A stretch of DNA of 64,000 nt, from positions 124,001 to 188,000 of the forward strand of contig JAANOX010000070.1 of the NCBI GenBank assembly GCA_020184695.1, written 5' to 3'. Position numbers and translations under genes: made by a program. This document shows positions 45,701 through 57,141 of the stretch, piece by piece (position 1 is the stretch's first letter; each line of letters begins with the position of its first letter). Source of the stretch: Histomonas meleagridis 2922-C6/04-290x. Taxonomy: Eukaryota; Protista; Parabasalia. A model generated the notes under the pieces. It searched no databases and had not been told where the DNA came from. It saw only the letters and a list, made by a program, of their open reading frames with translations.

Positions 45701-46512
45701 TATATGGAATTCATAATTATGTTAATGATAAAATATTTTATATTGATCAATCAGCTGAAATTTCATCAATGTTTTTAACAAACAAATTTAATTTAGAATT
45801 ACTTAATAAAGAAGGTACAAAACATAATATTAAGTTAAAAGGTCCATTTTCAACTAATCCAAATGGTTACGATTTAACTATTAAAGATTTAGATCTTCAA
45901 TTTGGTGATGAAATATTACAAACAAAAGAAAACATAAAATTCCAAAACTTAAATATTATAAATGTTAATGTAATACCAAATAATTATAATTTATTAGTAG
46001 AAAATCTTATTTGTGATTATGAATCATATAATGAAACATTTATACAACCAAATAATGTTTTAATGAATGATGCTAAAGAACCAATTCCAACAATAAGAAT
46101 TAATAACAATTACATTGAATTTGAACATTCTAAAGGAGAAATTAAGAAAATTCATTTGTTAGAAGGAATGAATATAACATTTGAAACTAATCGTGATAAA
46201 AATGTTATTTTAAATATTAAAAATAATGAAAAAGAACAATTGAAATTACCTAATAACACAATTATTACAATTAAATTCTTAAATAAAAATGGTTACAAAT
46301 GTAACATGGACGAAAGTCTTAAAAATATAATTCAAATAATCGCTGAATATAAAAAAGGTGGATTAGGAATAGGTCCAATCATTGGAATTTCCATTGCTGT
46401 AGCTGTTGTTATAATTGGAGCAATTGTCGGCATAATATGTTTCGTCAAAGCAAAAAAGAAAAAGAATGAACAGGACACTACAACTGTGATTTCCCAAGGA
46501 TTAATCACCTAA
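42754..46512 (+). CDS. Membrane-anchored subtilisin-like (S8) serine protease
   Basis: Catalytic D (YLDTSLD), H (DHGTQVSG), oxyanion N (GAGNEG) and S (SGTSFAAP). Also an EGF-like module and a C-terminal TM helix with a basic tail. Confidence 0.92.
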   Translation: MFFILFGLQLLDIQPTKIITLNGKTIKFGYINQKLQSNCNTWAYVFIPAKIDFIQLTNHGIDIRKTNGMVYQNAYKLYLTSDQISYLLSINAKISILQPKDKILNRTQIEKSDNLILHGIFDQSFSCLPSDNIIFKSHQIVIISVEEPLKSAEYYSQIPEVEFIDSYNPPTTLNSISSGFTQKISSTVTTDIHGNPVISRYFESKGITGKNQTIAYLDTSLDYYHTMFYDPNVPVTFRQLIPNHRKILYVENFYQTEQEFYNFTVPNDHGTQVSGILAGKALNSNSKISSYNGVAPDAKLMYLGYHLPQFNRLLQDMNLLLSTLSLGNTHMFSNSWGYLPDVSTMFYNTIADEAIYNSSVGENCLVLFGAGNEGYGIYFTIRNPGGAKNVLTLGGASKAFDYNNLEIYAIDGEEKFQMYFKDEQPKYWMIMDLNEFYLSEITDFKSPDGTKKLYYLNSSTIPVINNFYLFQSYLMEQEKHYISFGFVIDFPLESYPNIKAIFDMVPVQSFILPNNSKISTKVGKNLKIQYNYGYIGKDVSKITRADFSSIGPTYVGLIKPDIIASSSFITTALNNQTIDKDHGSNDEDYKKHLYLNSGTSFAAPSAAGAAALISQYFEDGNYLDEKINVNSLLLKSILIASASRNDLSSTPDCFIGHGLIDISTVIPFSDSNFGLRFSNITKMINGQTHHIGKIKVTNQNVPLRIVLCSHDIPLSSDTLLPIYYDLDLIVISPSNKIFVGNNRTQNTEHFTLNEKVIIPQSQLEIGEYQIHVITNIAIKENLDVPYVITAVGPFTQNDINSNPKLIEMINTNECITSENGKCENGKLKCNSGFTGQLCNIQFQEIPFYSQYQILNIPANTIKYFKVSPQNEYENLILTLYGYQPNNIYSLIWEMDSNDHYIPALARNPMKIPTLNTFIVTEKLVVNSKQEHYLMISNNFPVIDNYFICLTNMPMDGPLCLCNDNNCSKEICNITNVYSSMNSLYGIHNYVNDKIFYIDQSAEISSMFLTNKFNLELLNKEGTKHNIKLKGPFSTNPNGYDLTIKDLDLQFGDEILQTKENIKFQNLNIINVNVIPNNYNLLVENLICDYESYNETFIQPNNVLMNDAKEPIPTIRINNNYIEFEHSKGEIKKIHLLEGMNITFETNRDKNVILNIKNNEKEQLKLPNNTIITIKFLNKNGYKCNMDESLKNIIQIIAEYKKGGLGIGPIIGISIAVAVVIIGAIVGIICFVKAKKKKNEQDTTTVISQGLIT

Positions 46513-46744
46513 AGAATAAATAAATTATCAAAATTTTATTTACTAAAAGAGAAATTTAAGAATAAAATATTATATTTGAGATATATAAAATAATCCTTAA
46601 AAAGATATTTCAAGTTTCTTTTTAAAATTCGAACTTTATGCATGCCATTTCATATCACATATCTGATAACTTTTTTTACAGGAAAGAGATTTCTTTTCGT
46701 CTCATCCTTATAGACGTATAAAATGACTGTTTTCAACAATTGTC

Positions 46745-46800
46745 CAATATAACCAATTCCTTTTTGTTCAAGAAGTAATTTAACGATTTCTGTATATCTT
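46745..46800 (-). pseudogene. Isolated ankyrin core remnant
   Basis: Reads YTEIVKLLLEQKGI, identical to the family consensus, within unrelated sequence. Confidence 0.55.
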
Positions 46801-47436
46801 TTTATAATGGAACCAAAAAAGGAATATTCGTTTAAACCATACAAAAAGTGGAAGCATCTAGTCAGATTCCATACTCTTTGTTATATGCAGGGGTTTTGAT
46901 AATTATTGCTTTATTTCGAAATAAAAATTTTATTACCATATTGGTTTTGTATGAAATAATTTGGGCTTTTTCGAATTAATATATCTTATGGAAACTGTAA
47001 ATTAATTTTTCTTCTTTTTTGATGACCACACAATTTTGATAACGCTAATAACCGTCACAAATTTTACGTGTTAACAAAATTTGAGCATAATGGTTAGCCT
47101 TAAAAGCACTTCAAAAAATGAAGGAAATTTATTTCCTTACACCACTAACTTTTCTGTTCATACCCAATATTTCACTTAGTTCTTTTCCATGCCTACCAGC
47201 ATTCAAATTAAAAATATTGAATTCGATTCATCAATTTTCATTTTTTTCTCAAATTCATTTTTTTCTACAATTTCAAGTTGCATTTCAAAATGAATGAGAA
47301 ATATTTTAAAGCTATTTCAATTGTTTTCTTTGTTATTTTACTCAGTGAAATTATATATTCTACAACAAAAAAATGTTTTTTTAATAAATGTTACATTAAA
47401 GAAAACCATAAAAAAGAATTTTATTTATTTTTTATT

Positions 47437-48923
47437 ATGATATTATTTCCTTTTTCATTTCAAACATTTGATCCAATTACTCAAACTCTTACAATAAATT
47501 CTTCAAGTGATTTTACAGATGTACATAAATATGAAACAAAACATGTTATTATTTCTGATGGAATTACATCTATCCCAGAGATGTTTTTCGAGTCATGGGA
47601 TATTATTTCAATAAACATTAGTAATACAGTCACTTCAATAGGTCAAAGTGCATTTAGCAATTGTTTCTCATTAAGAAATATCGTTATTCCATAATATTTA
47701 CAAATGTTATATCAATTGGAGAACTTGCATTTGAATTTTGTACATTATTGAAAAATGTTTATATTCCTAATACAACAACTTTAATTTCAGTAGGTGCATT
47801 TGCAGGATGTAGTAGTCTTGAGTTTATTAATGTATCTTCAGAGAATAAGAAATATTCCAATTATAATAATGATGGAATACTTTATGATAAAGAAATTTCA
47901 ACACTTATTTGTTATGCAGGTGCAATTTCAAAAGAAACATATGAAATTTCAAGCAAAGTAACAGCAATTGATGAATACGCATTTTATTATAATGATAAAT
48001 TGGAAGCGATATTTATTGGGAAGAATGTTCAATCAATTGGTTACTTTTCTTTTTGTCATTGCACTAATCTTCAATGCATTTATTACTTTGGAGAAAAAGA
48101 ACCTAACGTAGGTTTTTCTGCTTTTGAAGAAGTTCCAGCACAATATGTTATGGTACGTGAATCATATCAATGTTTTCAATTTGGAACATTTAGTGCAATG
48201 CCATTTGTAATTGAAGGATGTGCCCCATGGCCAACGCAATCATTTACCAAATCTAATTCTTTTTCATTATCAAACACATTTACACAATCAGATACATATA
48301 CGAAGTCAAACACATTTTCTTATTCAGATACATTTACAAATTCAAATTCTTTTACCAAATCAAATACTTTTACTAAATCAAACACATTTACAAAGTCAAA
48401 TTCATTTGTACAAAATACGTTATCATTATCGTTATCATTTTCACTTTCACATTCTTTCGTTGTAACATATTCATATTTATTTACACAAACTTTAATTACA
48501 AAAAAATCATTTTTAAATACAATTTCTTTTACATTTATTGATTCGTTATATACATATATTGATACATTTTTAATTTATTATGATTATACAATTATTCAAT
48601 ATTCAACAATATTTACATATTATTCAGATTTTTATATGATTATTGAACAAAAAGATCAACAAAACTATGATAACAATGAAAATATGAATATTATCATAAT
48701 AATAGTTATCATTTGTGTAATTGTTATAATTATTATAATAATCATAATTCTTACCATTGTTATTTTACGTAAGAAAAAACTTAAAGATCAAAACATTTCA
48801 GATGAAGAACTTCAGCATAACGAAACGATTAATAACTTTTCTACAGGCATCGGAATTTTGAACATTAAAGAAGATCCATTTGAAGATGATTTTAAAGAAG
48901 AAAAATATTTTGCAAATATTTGA
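47437..48923 (+). CDS. BspA-like surface protein with one frame break at about 47692
   Basis: TpLRR repeats, an FTxSNTFT stalk, a TM helix and a tail IKEDPFEDDFKEE. ORFs 47278-47694 and 47661-48923 overlap in different frames. Confidence 0.75.
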
Positions 48924-49338
48924 TTTTATTTAAACATGAATAGAAAGTTATTCATAACATTGATCATATAATTTAATAAATTTATTTTGTGTATAATTTT
49001 TTTATTATTTTTTAATATAATTATAATAATTTCATAACATATATTAATTTTTATACACGGAATCAGTGTTTACGTATTTAAATCTTTAAATGCGACAAAA
49101 TTGATCAATAATTTTTATGATCATTAACAAATATTAATTCCAAGAACGAACATTTCTTACATCTTCTCTGCTTTTTTTTTCTATATAAAGACACAATAAT
49201 AATTTTACAATTCAATCGATGAATTTATATCTATAAATATATTTCATCAAATAATTTTTCATAACATTTTTGGGTTATTTGGTTTATTATTATTATTATC
49301 CACTCAATGCAACCACATATTCCCAGCACAAACAAAAA

Positions 49339-50682
49339 TCACATCAAAGTCGCCGACATATTTCCCAAGTCTTCGATCACGTCTGACGAGTCGCTTGGTT
49401 CGTATCCTGCTATCATAGAGAACCCGTCGAATGCGCCGTCCGCGAAGGGCGCCGGCGTCGCGAGCGAGTCCTGCGGGTTCTCCATTGTGTACTCTGTGTC
49501 GAAGTTTGACGCGACCGGGTTTTTGCTTGTCGGGACGAACTCCGGCTGATACTTTCTTGCGAGGACGTCGTTGAAGTCCATTCCGTTGAAGAACTTATGC
49601 TTCATTATGTTGTCGAAGTCGAATCTTTTGTTCGGATCCTTTTGAAGAAGGCCGGTTATGAAGTTGATCGTATCCTTATCAGTTTTCCGCGGGAAGCGTG
49701 GTTGCGCATGGAGGATTGCGTGGAACATTTGCGACTTGTTCTGATGGTAAAAAGGCGTTTCGCCAAACAGTAACTCGTAGGTTAAGATCCCAATCGCCCA
49801 CCAATCAATCATCGGACCGTATTGTTGCTTAAGAATGATCTCGGGCGCTAAATACTCAGAGGTGCCGCAGAAGGTACCTGTGGATGACTCAAATTCTTGG
49901 AGCGATTTGGCTAATCCGAAATCAGTAAGTTTGACATGTCCTTGAAGATCTAATAAGACGTTCTCTGGCTTAAGATCTCGGTATATAATGTGAAGGACAT
50001 GAAGATAATTGATGGCTAGTGATAATTCAGCTACATATAATCTAACTTCTGATAATGGTAAACGTCCCTTCTTTTGAAGATGATGGAATAACTCACCTCC
50101 AGCAACATATTCAAGCCCGAGATAGACTTTGGAGTCGGTTTGGAAAGTAAAACATATGTTGACAATAAACGGATGTCGTGCTTTCATTAATACATTACGT
50201 TCGGTAAAAACTGTATGGACTTTGTTGGATTTGACAAGACGGTTCTTATGAACTGTTTTGATGGCATAATATTCTTCTGTGTTTTTCTTCTTACATAACA
50301 TTACTTTTCCATAATATCCACGGCCAAGAACGGAAATGATATCAAAACAATCCATGTTGATGTCAGGGGTTTGGAGGGTGATGTTACGAAGCTCATTAGT
50401 CCATTTCATGATCAAATCTAAATCATCAGAAGCAAGACATATCGGTCGTTCGTTTTCGGGCATGATATGGAAACGTGGCATACGGTCGCGCTTTTCAAAT
50501 TCAATTTGGGTCTTTGGAGTAATGTCGATGATACGTTCTGGAACTTTAAATGATTCTGATTTTGATACAATTAATTGAGATGTAGTAAGACCACAATAAC
50601 GCTTGTGCCAAAACCCAAACTTGGAGCCTTTTTTCTTCAGGCAATCAGCGAGGACAAAGTTATATTGCGATACGTTCTTCAT
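49339..50682 (-). CDS. PH-domain AGC kinase (Akt/PKB-like)
   Basis: PH domain, GRGYYGKV, YAIK, YRDLKPEN, DFG, GTSEYLAPE, and a hydrophobic motif FDGFSM. Confidence 0.92.
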   Translation of the reverse strand: MKNVSQYNFVLADCLKKKGSKFGFWHKRYCGLTTSQLIVSKSESFKVPERIIDITPKTQIEFEKRDRMPRFHIMPENERPICLASDDLDLIMKWTNELRNITLQTPDINMDCFDIISVLGRGYYGKVMLCKKKNTEEYYAIKTVHKNRLVKSNKVHTVFTERNVLMKARHPFIVNICFTFQTDSKVYLGLEYVAGGELFHHLQKKGRLPLSEVRLYVAELSLAINYLHVLHIIYRDLKPENVLLDLQGHVKLTDFGLAKSLQEFESSTGTFCGTSEYLAPEIILKQQYGPMIDWWAIGILTYELLFGETPFYHQNKSQMFHAILHAQPRFPRKTDKDTINFITGLLQKDPNKRFDFDNIMKHKFFNGMDFNDVLARKYQPEFVPTSKNPVASNFDTEYTMENPQDSLATPAPFADGAFDGFSMIAGYEPSDSSDVIEDLGNMSATLM

Positions 50683-51657
50683 CTCGTTTTTGAGAAATCC
50701 TAAATTGCACAGAATCAATTGAAAAAACACTTTTCGTGTGATAGTCAGATCAAAATTAATTGAAAAAAATATTTTTTCAATTGAAATAACAAATTGGTTG
50801 GAAAAATTAAAATATGGTTTCAACCATGGATAGTTTTTTATTTGGGTTTTATTTCAAAACTCTAGATGCAAATTATGTTTTATAATAGTGTTATTAATAT
50901 TCCACTTCTATTAATTTTTTTCAGCAAATCTGAACAATATGTATTAAATTCACATGAGAAAAATTAATATTTATATGAAAGATTAGAGAGCTATACATAC
51001 TATTTTTTTTTAAAGCAAAAGAATCGGGAAATTTTTAAGAACTTCAAACAAATTTGTTTGCCAAACCCTCGAAAATTTTGTTTCGGCATAAATAAATTCA
51101 AAACTTTATGAATATAATGTGGAATTTTGAGAGCAAAGTGACCAAGCACTCTTATCTTACTCGATTATTTTGGTTAAGCGTAAAATACCTTTTTGAACAT
51201 TTTTTAACCTAAAATTGTATCTCCATCATTTTTTGGACATTAACCTCTAAAAAATTATTGACAATACTGAATTTGACTCTTTTATTGAAACGCATCTTCA
51301 AAACCGATATATTTTGATTGAAAAATGCTTTTTTAAACTTTTTTAGTGCACAGCTGCATTTAATGTTTTAATAATTTAAAATTATTATTTAATTCGAATT
51401 CATTTGTGCGAAGTGAGAAAATTAATTATTGAGTTAATTTCAAAAAAATGCATGATCATATATAGTTTAAAATACATTGATCAACATATAGATGATGTCT
51501 AAATCGAAAATAAAATAAATTTTATATAAAAAATAAGTGTAAAAATTATAATTTTAAAAGATAAAAGAAAATATCAAAAACATTCGGTTCGCACTGGGTC
51601 GTTATTAGATACTTTCCCAAATGGGCATCGGCTAGCCGATATTATATAATAGATTCT

Positions 51658-51822
51658 AAATAATGAAATAGAAAAACTTCAAGAAATATCATCGCATACA
51701 AATTTTGAGTTCTATCAAACAATTGAACCATCACTTTATGAAACATTTCATCGATTGATTATGCAGCATTTTTTTCATCATTTAAATGTTTTAAACATTT
51801 ACTTATGAATGATGCAAAATGA
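51658..51822 (+). pseudogene. DUF3447-region fragment of the ankyrin family
   Basis: NEIEKLQEISS...IEPSLYE...IDYAAFF..FKCFKHLLMN with an internal deletion and a frameshift. Confidence 0.7.
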
Positions 51823-52030
51823 TCTCTTCAAACGAATGCTATGAATCCGCATACGGCTTTTCCTTCCACATTCTTTGCATACACTCCATATACTCCATCT
51901 CCGTCGCCAATATACGTCACCACTCCGCCTGGCACCAGCATCATCGATTTTTTCATGTCCATCAATTTCATATACAGTTCGCTGAACTCTTGATACAGCT
52001 TATTACCTTTTGACTTATATGTTCCATCGC

Positions 52031-53600
52031 TTACAACAAATTCTCCGATTGTATCCGCCGAATCGTTTTTGTCATTAATTTCTTTATCATGTTTTCATTA
52101 TAAAAATGCGAATGTGTAACAAACATTGCCATTCCTAAGTCGCATTCAACTACACCACATTTCAGGAAACCATTTATTTCGTCTTTTTCTTTTTCTTCAT
52201 CATCAGAGTAAATTTGATTTGGTATATCATCAATTAAATTTACATATTTTTCATGTACAATAATCAAATGACTTACAGAGTTACTTTGCTTAATTAATGG
52301 TATCCATTTACCACCGAAACATTTGTTAACTTTTGTAGTTTTCGCAAAATCAACAAAATATATTTCACCAGGATCAATCGCTAAAAGTATTTCGTCATCC
52401 ATTAAATCGATTGTTTTTTCAGGTATTGAAACTTTCCATCTCGTAGGCCTTGGTTTGTTATCAGTATTAACATTATTATACACCAACGAAACAATTCCCA
52501 TCCAAAAAATACATTTACGTGAGAATCCTCTCAATGCAAATGCATTTGAAGTTGTAAATTGAACTTGCGTTGAAACGATTGTAAGATTCGTAGGATAATT
52601 AACACTTCCAACTAAAAGTTCATTGTCACCAAAACTTTGATAATAACAAAAAATCGGCGCGCCAACACGAGAAAAAAATAATGTTCATCAACTTCTTCAT
52701 AATTTGGTGCCCTTAATTCTAATGGTACATCACCAGCGCCTTTTATGATTCGATAACGATTAAATGGCGTAACTGGTTAATAATTAATATATCCATATAT
52801 ACCAGTTCTTAGTAAACCCTTCTTCTGAGTCGGGAATATATTGCGTACATTCATTAGTGTATGTTGGAGTTTCATACGTATAATCGGTAAGACTGAATTT
52901 AAGACATGATATTTTGCTGATGAACATGTGATAATTTTCCTCATTGGATTCTGAGGAGACTACAATTAAAAGACGCACAGCAGATATTTTCGAAAGACAT
53001 TTCAAATAAAAATTTTCTATTGGATTTTCTTTTTCAACATCAGATTGTAAAGGCTAAGCCCAAGTTTCTTACTTACGTGGAAAATCAGTGCTAACTTCGT
53101 CCTTTTGGAATAAAATGCCATTACAGGGAATTGGTGTTTTATTGTGATTAAATATTTTGGAATTTTCATCAACACATTGGATAATTAATACATCATTTTG
53201 TCGCTCGAAATAGATAATTATATATAACAATATAGTTTTGTCCTTCAAAGTTTTGCACTATTATATATGGAGATGTTGAATACAAATGGTTTACCATCTG
53301 ACGTCAAGAATGAAATTTTGAGGTCGACATCAGAATCAACTGTAGAAAATAAAATGTTATTCCAATAAAGTTAAAAGATACCATCAAAAAAGATAACAAT
53401 TTCCCTAGGTAGGGGTTACCCTTTTGTTTTAATGCATTCGATGGGAAATTGTTGAGTCTTGATTATTGTATCTTTATCCTTAACCAAAGCAAAATATATT
53501 GTATTATCACGATTTTGAAAAATTTTACCATATACAATTTTCATATTATTTGGTAATAATACTTGATATGAGGAAAACCAAAGTCACACATAGATTCAGA
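52031..53600 (-). pseudogene. Degraded unidentified coding region
   Basis: ORF 52031-52534 continues upstream in frame to about 52680. Further protein-like fragments appear in shifting frames up to about 53600. Confidence 0.35.
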
Positions 53601-54822
53601 AATGCATCAAGAAAATTTGAAGAATACTGATTGGGGTGAGTTTAATGAAATCAAAAAAGAACTTGATGATGAGTTCTTTAGGTTTTTGGCTTCAAAAGAT
53701 AATGAACAAAATCCAAAATAATTTAATTATATAATTATACGCATAGGATTTAATTTTTGTTTGTAAATGATTACTTGTTTAAAATGTTTCTTCAGTTCTT
53801 CGGAACAAATCAAAGGAATTGTATTAACAATTGTTTCACATATTCATGCAACTATTTTTTTTTATTCTGAATCAGGTTACTCTAATGAAAATGAGTCATG
53901 TTATTATTTGAGGAGGGATTATATCCTATGATAAAGCACATTTAATGGTTATTCATTCTTTCATTATGTATTAAATCGAGAAGCTTTATGTAAACATCAG
54001 AAATAAATCACTTTTTCAATATTGAAATAATATTTATTTCGAGAGAAGCATTCTGAAAATGAGTAACAAAGGGAAAAATGACTCAAAAAAATAAGTCCAT
54101 ATGTATAGCAATATAGACTTCAAATTAAGGAAAGTTTATTATAATAAATAAAAAGAGAAACAAAACCCAATCAACAAATTCCTTCAAAAACAAACGATAA
54201 TCAATTGATTTCAATACAATAAACTTGGAAAAACAAAATTTGGCAGATGAAGAAGTTTATAATTGGGAAAAAATAGGAAATGATGCAAGCCGTCAAAAAA
54301 CGATACAGTAAATTGACACAATAACGATTATAATCAATTTAAATTTATATCAAATATAAAATTATAATATCTAGAAATCTATCAGAAGAAATTCGAAAAT
54401 GCATAATATTTGGAATAAGTAGTTATGGTATATTACCATGTTATTGTTATGAAGAAATCTTTTGAAAAATGTTGAGTCGGAACTACTCGGATTTAGAACA
54501 TCAAACTGAGATTTTTTATCTGGATAAATAGCCACTTTGCGATTTGCTTTGAAGCATTCATATTTATTTTGATTTGATTATTTAAAGAACTGGATTAGTT
54601 TATCACTTATTCAATAGTAAAATGTGAGGATATATTTTCTTACCTTGAAAATTTTCATAAGTTTGAGTGCTAATCTCAGCTTTTGTTTTGATATTTTCCT
54701 TTTTATTTTCTTCTTTAAACACTTGAAATTGGAATTGTGTTTGATAATCTGTAAAATACGTTTCATTTTCATTACTTGTCGAAACCCAAGTAGTGGTATT
54801 CATAGAAAAAATTATTGAGAAT

Positions 54823-55111
54823 ATAATTTAATATTTCAAAATATTATTTGAAAATTATTTAAATTATTTGTAACAGCACTTATGTATGCATCTTATAATG
54901 GTCATACAGAAATAGTTAAATTACTTCTTGAACAAGAAGGAATTGATATTAATACTAAAGGTGTTTATTTGTTTTATTTATAATTTGTTTTTATAATTTA
55001 ATATTTCAAAATAATATTTGGAAATTATTTAAATTATTTAAAACAGCACTTATATATGCATCTCGAAATAGTAACAAAGAAATAGTTGAATTATTAAATT
55101 CTCAAATCTAA
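54823..55111 (+). pseudogene. Orphan ankyrin array end (partial spacer, core, 80-nt spacer, terminal repeat)
   Basis: Core 54873-54962, spacer 54963-55042 giving INGK, terminal repeat to TAA at 55111. No N-terminal domain directly upstream. Confidence 0.7.
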
Positions 55112-55917
55112 AATGGTGAAATTAAATTCATAAAATTGAATAAAATAAGTGCCGTTTGGTATCATCCAAAATGAAATTAATAAAATTGAATAAAAAAAAA
55201 TTTTATTTCATAAATGTCATAATGTATATCTAAAAATGAAAGAATTTTATTATCTACAAATTATAAACATGTGAACTTTGTTTGTATGAATAAAATCAAA
55301 TATATATTTTCTATAATTAATATAAAAATCCAGCAAAAAATTGTCTATGAATACAGATGAAATAGAATATAATGAAAATTTTGTTGAATTCTAATATGAT
55401 CAAAAAATATTAAAATCAGATGTATGAATTGTTTAATAAGTATTTTTCTTTCGAATTTATCATATATTATATATGAAATATATAGCATATGTGATATCAC
55501 ATCATCAAAAAATGTATCTTATATGAGAAAAAAATTAAGGTTAACAATTTCGTTGTCAAATAAATAGTAATTTTTATAAAAGATGAATATAAAAAAGTTA
55601 TTCATCAAATAAATGTATATATATCAGTATATATATTAATAAATTGAAAGATTAACTATATGTAATTATGATATATAATATTATCACTTTGGTTTTAGTT
55701 AAATTATATAGCGAATAAAAGATTTATATAATTATCACATAAGCAAATATCAACAACTACTTTTTAATCAGATTTCATTTTAATTTATGAAATAGTAGTG
55801 TGAACAATATCAGATAATAAATAAATAGTAGTGTAAATTATATTTTTTATCAGTGAATAAAATAAATTAAATGAATTTTTTATTAGCTTCTGGTATGATT
55901 TATGCTAATATCAGGAT

Positions 55918-56137
55918 TATATATATTATATTATTACTATTATATATATTATTACTATTATATATATTATTACTATTATATATATTATTACTATTATATA
56001 TATTATTACTATTATATATATTATTACTATTATATATATTATTACTATTATATATATTATTACTATTATATATATTATTACTATTATATATATTATTACT
56101 ATTATATATATTATTACTATTATATATATTATTACTG
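55918..56137. repeat. 18-bp tandem repeat TATATATATTATTACTAT, about 12 copies
   Basis: Directly visible and near-perfect. It explains the overlapping low-complexity ORFs here. Confidence 0.95.
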
Positions 56138-57141
56138 CTGAACAATGTGGCTCCCCTGTTATTTCAAGAAGCAACACGTTTATTCTCGACCATGGTAATG
56201 CGACTTCATTATACTTTATTTGGCCTTTTTATCTTTTAGCAAATCGTAGACTTCAGGATAGCGTTTGACATCATGTAGCCATTTGCTATGGGTTGTTATC
56301 AATTTACTCAAAAACAAATCGGTTTGAATCGTCGTTATCAAATTGCTTTCTTAAGGAATTGCTTCGTCTGTTTTGGGTTCTTCCCATTTTAACATGCTTT
56401 CATAGTAATCAAGCTTGATATTGAGTTTGAAATTTTCTTTAATTTTCGATTGAAGATAATTTAATGTCAAAGAAGTAATTGAAAAATCTTATATATTTCT
56501 GATCAGTTTTTGCAATAATGTATTTAATTATGCATTGTTTCTTGCACTCATAAATAAATCGATAAACAGATTAAAAATCATTAATATCTCTTTAGTGATC
56601 GCCTGAAATAACAGGAAATATTTTGTTGATATTCTCTTTTTGTATGACTGAAGCCTTTTTATTCGATTTATCATAATCATTATTACTTTGAGAAGAAATG
56701 CTTTTTTACCATTTATCTTAGAAAAAACGTTTTTAAATCGTTTGTAATCCATTAATTTCCATGAGGAAGATGCTCCGTAAATTGTTCCCGAATTCATTAT
56801 GATTTTGTTTAATTTATTGAATTTAGTAATTCTTGTAAACAATGAAGCTTATGATGATTCATTTTTGGATCATTTGTCTATTTTTGCAACTTCTTCCCAA
56901 AGTCCCAATTATTCGCTTAAAACGTCCTTTTGGCGTATCAAATCCCAATTTTTCTGCTTTCCTCAGAACACTACCTTTAACAAGTTTAAATCCCAATTTT
57001 TGGTTAATCTGTAGTATTCGATTGCTGGAATTTTGCTCTCAAGTCCAATTGTCCCCTCTTTCATATAACGGGGTGCCCCAAAACACGACATGGTTAAGTG
57101 GTTTGTTTCAATTTTTTATAGCTATGATTTCGCTAAATCAC

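Noticed and set aside
55871-56239. Four overlapping low-complexity ORFs
   Set aside because: These are translation artefacts of the 18-bp tandem repeat.
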